NCBI GenBank assembly: GCA_002269645.1
Contig: NIVC01001119.1
Span: forward strand, 1 to 64,000
Direction: 5' to 3'
Length of the DNA: 64,000 nucleotides
Source of the DNA: Macrostomum lignano
Lineage: Eukaryota
The notes under the pieces were generated by a model. The model saw only the letters and a list, made by a program, of their open reading frames with translations, searched no databases and was not told where the DNA came from. Below, in pieces: positions 1 to 12,787 of this stretch; the stretch's first letter is position 1; every line of letters begins with the position of its first letter. The translations under genes were made by a program, and so were the position numbers.

Positions 1-269
1 AAAACAGACAAAATGTTTTGTCTTTTGTCATAGAACTACTTAGAAGGCTTATTAGAAGGCTTAGAAGACTAAATAACTACTTAGAATGTAATTTACTGAG
101 AACAGTCCAACGACCCGTATTACCATATATTTTACACAGAACAGTGGATAGGATGCAGCTTCATATTAGGACTAGGACCGGTTAAGGGCGCTTTGTTTAT
201 AAGGGGTCTAAAATAGATTCGCCAAATTATAATGGAAATAGTGGGACCACCCGCTAAAAAATTGGATGT

Positions 270-1160
270 TTCTTTGGGTGATTCCAGTTGGAATCTGCGG
301 TGTTTCCAGAAAAAGAAACCCGAACGCTGGAAACAGACCAATCGGATGATTCCATGCTTGGAATCTACCTAACTGGGCGTTTCTCGGTGCTTCTTGGTGG
401 CGAAATGGAATCAACCGAAGAATCACCTGAACAGAGTGGAATCAACCCAGGAAGCAGCCTAATATTTAAGGCAGTTTTATATTACGTTCATATTACTTGA
501 CTGGACTAAGCTTATGTTTTTGTGTGCGACAAGTCTGTAAATTATTGCTTTTGCTTGTTTATTTGCACGTAGATTATCGTGTGCAGTAAATACCCGCTTT
601 TCTGTCGCCAACCGTTTACTCACATATTTTACTACTTACAGTTTATGCAGCCATTTTTTCAACTATATTAAAAGTACATGCAGTTGCAAATATAACGAAA
701 TATAATAAAAATACAATCTCTATAAAGACTCTTTTGCGTAACAGGTAGATTTTGCGTACCTGTCTGTGAATTCTGCTAGTCTTCTTTAAAATATTTGTTG
801 ATTGATTTCTTTCGGTCTGGGCCAGATGCTATGATCAATGTCATAATTGTGACGTGAGACCCAAACTGGAGGGAATCCTCAGGGAGATTCCATGCTTAGA
901 AACCACCGAGTAGTCAGCCAAAGAATCCTCCAGTTCGGAAGATTCCGTGCGCAGAAACCGCCGAGGAATCGATCGTAAATAATTCTCTGGTTGTCCCATG
1001 GGCCACTGGTTCGGGTGATTTTTCGGCGGTTTCCGCACAATTTACGATCACATCGGCTGCTTCCTGGGTGGTTTCTTTAACTCTTGCGAGATAGGGGGAT
1101 TTCGGTAGAGTCCACTCCTATTTTGCACAAAAAAATCCGCCGAAGAAGCAGCCGAATTTT
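270..1160. repeat. Cluster of degenerate GGAATC/GATTCC/GAAACC motifs with inverted similarity between ~407-460 and ~1008-1076; probable decayed DNA-transposon subterminal region
   Basis: GGAATCAACCGAAGAATCACCTGAAC (~407-432) resembles the reverse complement of GTTCGGGTGATTTTTCGGCGGTTTCC (~1009-1034). CCCAGGAAGCAGCC (~446-459) is inverted at ~1055-1068. No clean termini or TSD found. Confidence 0.3.
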
Positions 1161-2017
1161 TTACAGGGCAACCAAGAACTACGGTTAAAGTATTCAGGGC
1201 TTTAATATTTCGCAGCAGGTGCTTATCTCCGTTTTAAACGTCTTAACTATGGATGTATGTTTACTAGGAAACAGTGTAGCTATAAATTTTAGCATTATTT
1301 TTACATAGAAATACTAAAAAACCTTATAATAAAGCTGAAAGGATCAGGGGAAGTAAACAAAAATGGATGCTTTGTTTAAGACTCAACACCAAAACGGATT
1401 AGCACTTGCAATATTGTTCTAATTTTAAATAGATTGTAAGCAATCTCAAACAGATCGCAGCAATTAAAGCCGTCACGGATTTGTCGTGACTACGGTTAAA
1501 TTTACACTGACAGTCGTGATTAAATCTATACATTATTGGTACAAAGCTGTTCCGAAAATTACATAGCACCAACGCATATTTACCGAAAACAGGTCGTGCT
1601 TTTGTGCGAAACCACGGAGGCCAGATGTTTCCAGAGCACGCTCGCAGTCGTGGCCGACAAACAATATTGCAGCGGAAATACCTACGCGTTCCATTTCTGC
1701 AATCTGAAATGGCAATGCTTTTTATGAATGGTAAGTACCCTTAGAACAGGCATAAATGCAAAAGCAGCCATAGAAGCTGATGTTGTAGACTCTTTATAAA
1801 CAAAAGTATAATTCGAAGCACCGTTTTGCATATTTCTGCCGAATGAAAAAACTTGGTAATGTAAAACATATTAAGCTTATGATGACAAAAAATAAAAGCT
1901 GGACGTAGCAAGACTTTATTTCATTTTTTAATCCCGTTATTTAGTACGGTATTTTATGATTGATACCTCAGCATTTGTAGCACCATTGAGTTTTTCTTTG
2001 CACCAATTTTTTTAACC

Positions 2018-2176
2018 AAGTGGCGGATCTAGTTTCATTTGGGGGGGGGGTCCATGTTTGGGGCGCCAATTTTTAAGCTAGGGGGCGCAAAAAATGCGCG
2101 TAGGGGGGGGGAGAAAAATCACGTTTAGGGGGCGCAATGTGTTCGGTCAAGCTATTTTTTGGTAAATCCGCCCCCG
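2018..2176. mobile_element. hAT-like MITE (~159 bp)
   Basis: Termini AAGTGGCGGATC...ATCCGCCCCCG are imperfect TIRs. Flanks TTTTAACC (2010-2017) and TTTTACCC (2177-2184) match 7/8, consistent with the 8-bp TSD of hAT elements. Confidence 0.65.
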
Positions 2177-3679
2177 TTTTACCCTTTACTTCTTTCGTTA
2201 GCCATCAATATATTACTACAAATGGATGTAATAACTCATGTTTATTTATATTTTGCTTGTCTCCTGGTTTAACTTCTGTAAGACCCTTTTATTTTAGTAT
2301 TTTGATATGTAAATGTCACCAGTTTGTAAGTTACAAAAATAATTTACGTAGCTAACGTGTTCAGCTATGCAACTTCATTTTAAACTTTTTAGTTTTTTTC
2401 TAAACTCTGCTTTACAAATATTGGTTTTAATACGACACTTGCGCATCAAGTAGACGTATTACGCGTATTGTGATTTTTCCTAAATTGTAAGCAACAATTT
2501 GTTCAAAATATCATAATTGAAAGAAGCAAAAACTTACTTTAGGACCATACTAAAAAATAGTATTAAATAAAATATATCGTTGTTTCTTAAAACGCAGACA
2601 GAAATCAAAATACTTTAGAACAAATCAAAAACAAAAGAATTATACAATTTTAACTAGTATCAAAGCTACAACTGACTGTACTTTCTTACCATACGGCTCT
2701 GCAAAAAAAGTATTTCATGGCAGCACGTACCACTTGGAGTAAGTTTCTACGCACAACTTAAAGGCAAAGCATACGCCAGAACATAAAGCAAAACGTACAA
2801 CACAGAATAGAAAAAAACAAAACAAAGACACACATTTCTGCGAGCCATTCGCAGGCACTTGCTTTCCGAGAGGCATTGAGCTCGCCTCATATTCTCCTCA
2901 GCGGCCTTTTCTACATAGACATCTTTTGCATATTTATCTAATTTGGCATACGCTTTATGCAGCCGTGGCATCAATGCTTGTAGGCCGATTTGGTTGAAAA
3001 AGGAAGGTAAAGGGTATTTTTTAATGCCTTGCTTTAAAGATATCTTGCTAATTTAAAATGACGGACATAATTCTATAAAAGCATCTTCCACTTGTATTTA
3101 AAGAAGCTATCTTAAGCTATACATATTAAAACTACTCTGGTTGATGCACTCAAGGCGATGAGTAGCTAGCTGCAAAGTCTGCATAGCCCTGGAAAATCGC
3201 ACTAGCATTGTAAATCGGAATCCCATATGACTTAAGGATAAAAATGTCATAAAGTCCTGAAATGGAAGGACTTCAGTATCTTCAGTAAGTTAATGCAGAA
3301 AAAGAACAGGTTCAAGAAATTATTCACAGGTCTCAAAAATTTCAAAATTATTGACAGAAACTGAATAAAAGACATGAAAAGACTGAAATGAATTCAAATA
3401 TTTTGCTTCCTTTTTGAAGCTTTTGAAAAAACCTATGAAAAAAAGTTTAATTCCATATACCTTTGAAGTTGAAAGTTCCAGACTTTTGCCCAGTCTTTGC
3501 CATATGCCGAGCTAGAAAGAGAAGCAGGGGTAAAGGTATCTTAGACATATGGGCTAAGTACAGAAAGCTGATATGTATAATAGTGATAACTTGATAAGCA
3601 GCTACCAGTGGGTAAAGTTTAGGAAATAAACAAGACACATTTTGGGTACAAGGTCGTGAGTTTAAAACCAAGAGAAGCA

Positions 3680-4114
3680 GGGTCCATGAGAATTGCCCAG
3701 ACAAATTGCCCTGCAGTGCTTTTTTCCGGCAGCGCATTCAGCCACGAGGCAGAGCGACATTGCATATGTATGAATTATAGCTCACTGATGTACCCCTGCA
3801 TGTATATAGAACTGAATATCTACAAGAAAAATATTCAATCGATACGCAGTTACTATCGAAATGTTTTGATCGGGTAAATATTATTATTAAGAGTTACTAA
3901 GCATTTGCCCCATGGGGGCCAATGCAGACAAAATCTGCTTCGTGGCTGAATGCACTGCAGGAAAAAAAGTATTTCGGGCAAACCTCGGCGGGAAAAACTC
4001 GGACAACTCGTTCACGTGCAGTTTTGAACTCGCGGGCAATTTGCTCACGGGCAAAATTCACTGCGCGTGCAAACCTCGGAGGGCAATTTGTATGCGGGCA
4101 ATTCTCGTGCTCCC
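3680..4114. mobile_element. Mutator/Foldback-type MITE (435 bp)
   Basis: Left GGGTCCATGAGAATTGCCC...ACAAATTGCCC versus reverse complement of right end GGGAGCACGAGAATTGCCC...ACAAATTGCCC. 9-bp flanks AGAGAAGCA / AGAAAAACA match 7/9. Subterminal GGGCAA(A/T)TT motifs are repeated. Confidence 0.65.
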
Positions 4115-5394
4115 AGAAAAACAGCCAATTTGTGCTAAATAGGTCAATTTGTACGCAATAAAATACAAAAAACTAAAAGAACCCGATTTTGTGGTATCCT
4201 GTAGTTAAATCTAGAACTTTTCAGAAAAAAAGAGAAAATTTTGTTGGTTACATTCGATTATCTGGACTTACAGTGACTACTTTTATGGGAAGCTGTGTTT
4301 CTGTATATATCTAATTTTTATGGCAAGACAAACTGAATTTGCATAACTTTGCTGTTTTACACCCTTTTTATTTAAACAGTGGTAATTATACTCATTTCTG
4401 ATTCTTTAGTTGGGCAGATGAGACTTCAAACCGAGCCAAGAAAGTAAAATATTTTTTCTAAAATTGAAGTGGATATCTCTAAAGTAAAACAAACCAATAG
4501 CAAGCAGACTAATACTCACTGAATTTCTTATTAAGAGCATCAACAGTTAAATACAACAGTATTTGTTAGACACTCAAAAATCTGAATAAGCTGCAAGAGC
4601 AAGATTATAACAATACAATATATGCATGCACAACACACAATACATTATAATGTAGTGTGCAAGAGCCACTAAAATGACAACAAAAATTGCAGTATTCTGA
4701 CTTGAAGCGAAAGAATGTTTACATGGAAATTGTAAGTAAAGCATAGTTGAAACCAAACTCTTAAAAATAGAATTAGACTACTAAAGTAAGTTGGACTAGA
4801 TGTAGGTAGGGCTATAAACCTAAAAATAAGCAAATATCCTTCAGGCCAAAATAAAAAATACAGGTCAAATTCATAGTAAAAATGCACATAACTATGAATT
4901 GCAAAAAGTTTTTGGCCATTCAACCATGCAACACAGTTTTATATAATTACCTTGCATCTCATGAGTTTTCTCTTTTACAAAGATGCTCCACCCGCTAACA
5001 CGCTGAACAGGTGCCATCTGAAAAGGTAATGAACAATTAGGAAGCAGTAAGAACTTAGAAGCTAAGGATAAGGACCTACAAATTTAATGTCACAAACTAT
5101 GCAATAAATAATCAAACTTGTAGCATAACCAATACTTTTAAACTACAATTTTACTTATTAATTTTTCTTTGGGGGATACTTGCCATCTGGGTAGTGCTTT
5201 CGACTGAGGGGGAATCTTTTGTTGTGTATTTCTGCTACTTTCATAAAAAAGAGATTCATAGCAAACATTCATTAAAATTTTACTCAAAGGTGATGTATAA
5301 AACTGAAGATGGAATTGGTTCTTAAAAATATTCCTATGTATATATTTTAGCATATCAAACATTTGCTATCTGGGGGCTCTGCCATATAAATGCC

Positions 5395-5870
5395 ATTCAT
5401 CTCTTCTCTATCATCTCTAATCTCTCATCTCGTCCCTCCTCTCCTTCTTTCCATCTCGCTTTTCTCTTCTCTCTCCCTTTTCCTCTTGCTTCTCTCTTCT
5501 CTCTTGTCTCTTTCTCTCCTCTTCAGAGTCTCTTTAGTCTCTTTATCTCTCCTCTTATCTCTAAGCTCTCTTATCTATTGTTTTTCTCTGCCCTGTTCTC
5601 TCTCATTCCTTTTTTTCTTTCTGCTCTTAATTCTCATATCTTCAATATTGTCTTTACCCTCTCTTTTCTTATCTCATCTCTTTCTCTCTCCTCTCTCCTC
5701 TTTTTTCTCTCCTTTCTCCTTTCAACTCCTAATCTCTTATTTTGCTTATATTCTCTCTATTTTGTTTCTCTACTCTCTCCCTTTAATTCTCTCTTCTTGT
5801 GTTCTGTCTGTCATCAAATCTTCTCTTCTCTTTCCTTTCTCTTTTCTATATTCCCTTTCAGTTCACCCTT
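5395..5870. repeat. Pyrimidine-rich (CT) low-complexity tract
   Basis: Degenerate TCTC/CTTCT runs; the S/L/F-rich ORFs here reflect composition only. Confidence 0.85.
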
Positions 5871-8269
5871 TCAAATATATAGTATATCATCTTCAAGCTG
5901 CAATCTATCAATTTAATATCTATCAAATTGCAGTCAATCAAGATTCAAAACTTGGTTAAATTGAAGTCTATAAAAATACATTTTCTACTTGTCTATGATT
6001 AAAATATTCAAGGTAAAGGCATCAGTGGTTAGGGTTAAATTAGTAACCCTCATTTTATTGCTATCTATAGCCTTTTAGTCTCCATTGGCACTTAGAGAAG
6101 GCCACAAATAAAGTAATTCCAAAACACTATACATCACTTTTGTGTACACCAATCCCTATCACAGCCCCTCAACATGGGGCTTTTATTTGCATTTAGTCAC
6201 GCACCCCTCCAATATACTCAAATAATAGCTGGCTTGAATGTAAGAACACAACCCTGCAACTTATATCTTTGACCTATTGCATAAATGATAACAATCTTTG
6301 CAGAAAGTCAAAAGTATAAAAATTGTTTTTTGAAGCTTTTCAATTTCATATTTAAAGAAAACAACTTATATCCCTGAATTCAACATTGCAAGATCTTTCC
6401 AGCAATATAAGTCTCTCCTCTCAAAGTTTAAAACTCGAAGAACAGTTAACATTTGAACTTCTTGATTTAAAGCATTGAAATATTGCATGTATATTCACCT
6501 GCCTGCTAGCTAGTAAAAGGCTTGCAAGTTTATTCATTAAATTTCACTGCCCAGCTAATACACAGCCTTTTGAGAGATGCCAATAAGAAAACCAACTGAA
6601 TCTTGACATAGTCCTTATCTATCTATTTACACAGTACATTGCTATGTACACTCAGTCCAAACCAACCTCCCCCTGATTCTAGAGGAATCATTAAATTTTA
6701 CTGCACCTTGAACATGCAAGGTTTTAATTTAGCATCGAACCCAGAACACGCGTCACCTACCTTTCCAATACACAGCAACCTGCGAGAAGAGGTTGGGGAG
6801 GTTGTTTTCACAATTATGCCACTACCCCTTCACTGAAGAGGCAAAGTGGCCAAAGAAGGTTAATAAAATAGTATTTTGCTTTTTTAACGGATTTTACTTT
6901 TAAAATATAAAATTAAAATTGCCTATTTGTTGCATAGGAAAATTCTGCATTGATAGATATAAGTCTCACATTTGAGTTGCCAGCCATCTAAGAGGAGATA
7001 CGCATTAAACCTGGCCAGTCGACTAGTCTACTCAGCTTTAGATATAAAGATAATTAAATAGACAAGGACTTGTGAGGAATTTGAAGTACAGAATATAGCA
7101 TTTTTTACAAACTAGTTTGATCAATGACAATAGGTTTTTCAATTAAGTTAGATTTTATTTTCATTTTTGGTTACTACTAGATAGTATTATTATTTTTTAT
7201 AAATCATTGCTATTAATATTTCAATTGCAAAAAATCACAAACTATGGGTTTGCTACAAATGGATTAGCATGAATAAACTAATAGTTTATAGTCTATAATA
7301 AGTTTATAACTAGCTAAATAGATCACAAAGACAAAGCCCAAATGAGACACTATCTGCAACTAGTACTATAGCTGTCTTACTTAGACAAATAATAGGCCAA
7401 GCTTATCTAGGAAACAAAAGTTTGAATGAGCAGTCTTACTAAAGCAATTTTCTAGAAATAGGACTTGAGCCTATTGCCACTATGCACTTCTATTATTTTA
7501 GAGTGAGTGATAAATTTTATTTTTTAATAGCTATTATTTCATTATTATTATTATTCCTTAATATTATATGGAGAGTAGTCAAGAACCAATAACACTAATA
7601 GTGCTTCATTGCTATAAAAAATGGGAAGGAAACAAAAGAACAAGAGAAGTGCAAAAATGATCAAGATAGTATCTGAGATACCTGGCTCTTGAATATTGAT
7701 GGCTTGATACCAGGTCCTGCAAATGCTACATATAGAGCATTTTATACTTTGCAGTAAGTGGGAAAGGCACTGCTTTTGTTACTTTGTTTTTTGAGAAAGG
7801 AAGCTTAAAAGAGAAACTATGCTACTTGTTATTTAAACAAAGACCATAATATGACTATGAAGCAAAAGGAGGGAGGAGCTACTAAAGTTTACTAGAGCTA
7901 CAACCCTATAGGAATCTAATGGAAGCTATAGAAGCTACTTTTTACTTTGGGTTCTAAGGTGCTTGCTTAGACCATGTTAGTTCATTATCAATAATGATGC
8001 AAAGCAATTTAACTTTTAAATAGTAAGCCAATCTACATTATCAAAATAAACAGGTAGAAAATCATGGCAATTCTTCTTGCTATTAGTAATTATTTGCTTA
8101 TACTTATTTGGATTAAACTTGATATTCCAGTCAAAACCCCAGTTTTGAATGTTTTAGATATATTAAATGGCTAAGCTAGCATTAGCTAATGGCTCTATTT
8201 AAAAAAGTATTTGACTATTACTTAATTTCATAAGCTATTAATAACTATCTATATATTTCCTTATTATAA

Positions 8270-8705
8270 TTATTAAAGATATTGGGCAATATCTATTTAT
8301 GCCATTTTTATACAATAGTGCAATTATAATTTTTAGAGAAAATATATTCTATAGGATAAAAACCCTAGGAAGGAGAGGGCAGAAAGGTGGATTTATTTTT
8401 TTTTGGAAAAAATTGCTTGGTCCCTTTTGATTTTTTTCTAGTCTCTAAAAGTTTCTAGATTTTTTTTAGTCTAATCTAAATGCATAAAGAGGAGGGGCAT
8501 TGGGCAACTGAACATCTACCCTTTAGTTGTGCCACTGTTTTTATCATCTTTTTTATAAATAGGAATAACTTTGTATAATTTCCATACTTTTAGAATGAAA
8601 TAAGGCTTATATATTAAAATTTTCATAAGATAGGCCTCTAGGAAATAACTTATATGTTTTTAAAACAATACTGGAAATATTGTCAAGGCCAAGAGCTGAA
8701 TTTGA
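8270..8705 (-). pseudogene. Decayed non-LTR (LINE) reverse-transcriptase fragment
   Basis: Minus strand translates NSALGLDNISSIVLKTY (cf. RT motif SAPGPDxIxxxxLK), ILKVWKLYKVIPIYKKDDK (cf. IPxxWKxAxVIPIxKKGD) and YCPISL (cf. YRPISL). The motifs are separated by stops, frame changes and intervening sequence. Confidence 0.6.
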
Positions 8706-10069
8706 TGTAAGGTTGCAAAGAATTTTTTATTTGTTTATAGGTAGACTTTATTAGAAGTGGTTTGGGAGGAAGTCAAAAAGAGAATATAAGGAATGATTTG
8801 TTTTGATCATACAAAATGAAAATGTTAGAGTTTTCAACAAAAATTGTAGTGAGAATATATCAGCTTTTGAGAATTTGTAATAAGTAGAAAGTAGTGATTG
8901 AAAACTATGAAAAAGAAGAATATTGAAATTAAATTTTTCAAAAAGTAATAAGGGGGCCTACCAATATAACTTCCTAAACACTTTTGATAAGACCCCAACC
9001 CCAATGAGTCCATGACTATTCTTTATCTATTTATTTTATTTTTTCATATAAACCTACTATCCCTTTATTGAGATTTCTATTTTGAAAATAAAAAGATAAA
9101 GAGATAGGCCTAAAGGGATAAAAAAGCAGACAGAAATAAACAAGATACTGATCATTGATGTACACTTTACTTTATATTCCCAATCATTAACAAAGATATG
9201 GTATTGATATTAGGCCTAGCTAATAAGTAATGAGTCAATATTTTGCTTCTACTCGTCTGGCTAGAGTCTAGAGACAGTGTATTTGCCTAATGTATAATTT
9301 AGGTCAAACAAGTCATTGACACCAGACACCAGTACGCCTACTCGAAATTATTGTATATTACATTGCCTACTACAATAAGCTGATTAATTTAACCAGTAAT
9401 GGGCCACATTATAATTGATTCAGTAAACATATTAATATTGTGGTTTCTTTAACGCCTTAATTGAGAAAGAAGTCCAAGTTCGTACAATCGTACCTAATTG
9501 CGTACCGACGTTCACGATTAGGCCTAGGCTATTTAAAAATATGCATGTCCGTATAAACATTTAAACCACAAATTTATAAAAAAAAATTTTCATTCACCAT
9601 ATGCACAATAAACTTAAAGGTGCATGACGAATACGTAGTTATTTTAAACTTCTACAATGCATGTTATATATTTTCAAAGTGAAACAATTTTAATGTAATA
9701 TTTCCCATTCATTAGCGTACACGAAACATGTATTGACCGCTTCTGAAGCCGAGAAAAACGTGTCTTATTAAGCTACGTGATTGTGACACGGCTGGCAGTG
9801 GTTGCCACGCCTGAATTTAAAAAAGCTGCTCTCTTACAATTAAGTCTGTCTTAAGTTTTTTGTTGGCACCAAACTAGGACTGTGAAATTCTATTTATTGT
9901 TGATCTAATGATGTACATTTTTTTGGGGGGAATAAGGGGATAGGTAAGGGCCGTGTTGAGCTTGAGTGTGTACATGTAGCCATTTGGTTTAGTTGGGTGC
10001 ATATATAGCTACATGTAGTTATGCTCGTAGAAAGCTGATGGAAGCAGGCTGCATATTGATTTCTTTAAA

Positions 10070-12360
10070 ATGGATAACTCATGCATGGTATGTGAAAATG
10101 AGGTCCGCCAACGTCAGCAAGGCTTGCAGTGTGATGGCTGCCATCGTTGGCAACACCGAACATGCAACAGCGGCATTACACAAGAGCAATATCGCGCTCT
10201 CCAGCATTTGGACAACTTTGACTGGAGGTGCAGTAACTGTAGTATCCTGCAGCAACAGCCACAGGACACTGTCAGCGATCATGCTCCTGAGCAGGATGCC
10301 GATCAACCATCGGTAGAGGTAATTTTTGAGGATGAGGATATCACTCAGGGTGAGGATGTGAGCGAGGATGTGGATGGAAATGATGTCAGTCAGGATGGTG
10401 TGCCAACGGACACTGGCATAAGCATTCGAGATCCAGCTCCTCGGGAGATCAAAGCACGGGAGATTGCAGATTTTGAACTGATTTGTGATGGCTCAAACAA
10501 GAAGAAAGATGTATTAATCGTGGATGGTCAGTACAGCTTTGGTGTATCACGGACTCGTGGCAACAACACATACTGGCGATGCTCGCAGCGCAAAGCACAC
10601 TGTGGCGCCACAGTGGTTCAAAAGGGTGACTGCACATTCACCAAAGGCCACAGTCACCACAATCCTCCACTTCATAGACCAGCAGAGGAGAGGAAATTGA
10701 AACAGCGTGTTAAAACTCAGGCGCGAAAAAAACTGTTTCAGTCAGCGCCTCAAATTGCACGAGAAGAGCTGCTGCAAGTGCTCAACGACTTTCAGAGTGG
10801 TCCGAGAATGCCAAATCCTGACAACCTTGCACAGGCTGCCAATCGAGACCGGCGCAAAGACCGTCCAGAGGAGCCAGACACAATCGACTTTGACATTGAC
10901 ATGAATGCCATTCCCAACAACTTTCTCCGTAGCGACATTCATGTGAATGGCCGTCGCCACATCATCTTCGCTACAGATGACATGCTATCGCTGTTGATAC
11001 GAGCCACATGGTGGTATATGGATGGCACTTTCAATGTCATCCGACAGCCATTTCAGCAGCTTTATTCGATTCACGCGTTCATCTCTAATGGAGACAGCAT
11101 GAAACAAGTCCCACTTGCCTTTGTATTCATGTCTGGAAAAAGCCGCGAAGATTACCAGCAAGTACTTGAGCTAGGTAAGAAAATTACATGTATACATGTA
11201 CATGTACAGAATGAAAAGAATGAGAAGTAAAAGCTAACCATTGTCATAATTCCTTCCTACATGTATACATGCAAGGCACTTAAGGCCATCGTCCCGCACG
11301 CGAAACCAGAGGGCTTTGTCGTTGACTTTGAGGCTGCAGTTTGGAGAGCCATCCAAACTGTCTTCCCACAAGCATCTATTCGCGGATGTGTCTTCCACTA
11401 CACGCAGGCTGTTTGGCGTCACATTCAGCAGCTAGGCTTGCAGCCAGCATACTGTGACGATGATGGAACTCAGCGATTCTGCCGAAAGCTGATGGCGCTC
11501 CCCTTCCTGCCACCTCAGCATATCGCGATGACATTTTACCGTCTCCGCGTTGAGACTACTCTAACACCTCTCCTGTCTGCCCTGTGCGACTATGTCCAAG
11601 TGACGTGGATCACCAGCTCCATCTGGAACGTCCATGACATCTCCGTATACAGACAGGTGAAGTTATGAAAAAAAATCTGTTATATACCCGGAAAAATATC
11701 ATTGCAATCTTGGAGAAAACTTGGAAAAGACAGTACAATGCATGTAAAAAGTACATGTACAAGTAAAGTGCACATGTAGGAGTAAAAGTGCACATGTAAA
11801 AGTGCACTTACATGTACATGTAGGAGTAAAAGTGTACTTAGGCACTGTTGCGGATCCAGAAATTTTTTAACGGGGCCGGGGGACGCAGAGTACTAATTAA
11901 GGTGCATGTTTATGCATATCATGGTGTACACGTATATGTACCTGAAAATGTGTACTTTCCATAGAAAAAAAGAAAAAATCAAACTCGACGGGGTGCGCGC
12001 GCCCTGTGCGCTCCCTTTAAATCCGCTACTGCTAGGCAGCCAGAAAAAATATATTTTTCTTTACTTCAACAGGCGGTTAGGACCAACAACGACTTAGAGA
12101 GCTGGCATCGCGCTCTAAACTACAGAGCCCAGCGAGGAAACATCCAATTCTACCTGCTCATCAAGCTCCTATTCAATGAAGCGCGAATGATCCCCGTAGA
12201 GGTGCAGCTCCTCTCCCAAGGAGTAATGCGCCGCGTACAGCGCAACAGATACCGAAGTATGCAGGCCCAGTACTTCAAATACTGGAGAGAATTCAGGCGT
12301 GGCAACCGCTCGGCGGATGATCTACTGAAGGCGGTTAGTGAAATAAATGGACCTCACTGA
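10070..12360 (+). CDS. PHD finger + FLYWCH zinc finger + MULE DDE transposase, 3 exons (10070-~11161/11174, ~11276-11656, 12073-12360)
   Basis: PHD CMVC...CDGCHRWQHRTC...WRCSNC; FLYWCH-like YSF...TYWRCSQRKAHCGATV...HHNP; catalytic YMDGTF (D1), VVDFE (D2), CVFH (CxxH). Intron 2 (GTGAAG 11657 ... AACAG 12072) joins YRQ|AVRTNNDLESWHR, the canonical RTNNxxExW motif carrying E. The intron-1 donor is ambiguous (see findings). Confidence 0.88.
11845..12031. mobile_element. Small hAT-like MITE nested in intron 2 of the MULE transposase
   Basis: CTGTTGCGGAT...ATCCGCTACTG are inverted (9/11). Flanks (T)TAGGCA / (C)TAGGCA look like a degenerate TSD. Confidence 0.55.
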
Positions 12361-12618
12361 ACCACATTTTAACATTTAATAGTGTGTCCAATACGTGTCC
12401 AGCTTTTATACAACCCCATTTTAACTGCTCGTACAATTTTAACAACGCATTTTAACAAATACAAGTATGATACATGTTTACTGCTTTTAACAACTTTTAA
12501 CTTTTAATGTACGTGGAACTCGTATTTTCAATATAAATACACTGTAACTGTCGCCCTTTTGACTGTCGCCCTTTTAACTGTCGCCCTTTTGATCTGTCGC
12601 CCTTTTGACCTGTAGCCC

Positions 12619-12787
12619 GGACCGAGGGGGGGCCAAGGGGGCCATGGCCCCCCCTCAGCTCTGCCAAAAAAATCCTCAAATGTATTGGTATCATGCTGTA
12701 TTAGTATCATGGTACCCTAATTGCACCTCTGGCCTGACCAGACATGAAGCTTGCCCCCCCCTTGATAAAATCCTGGGTCTGCCCCTG
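12619..12787. mobile_element. Right part of a GC-rich hAT-like MITE abutting the MULE right end
   Basis: GGGGGCCATGGCCCCCCC core and terminus AAAATCCTGGGTCTGCCCCTG (reverse complement CAGGGGCAGACCCAGG), similar to the other (A/C)AG(T/G)GGCGGATC-type MITE ends in the window. Confidence 0.45.

Larger units (their letters stand above)
9259..12618 (+). mobile_element. Mutator-superfamily (Phantom-like) DNA transposon; right TIR clear, left end uncertain
   Basis: Encodes a MULE transposase. Right end has 16-17-bp CTGTCGCCCTTTT(G/A)A repeats ending ...GACCTGTAGCCC (12535-12618). Only a weak left-end candidate exists (GGCTAGAG 9259-9266; ACAGTGTATTT 9274-9284 inverts AAATACACTGT 12535-12545). No TSD found. 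Confidence 0.65.
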
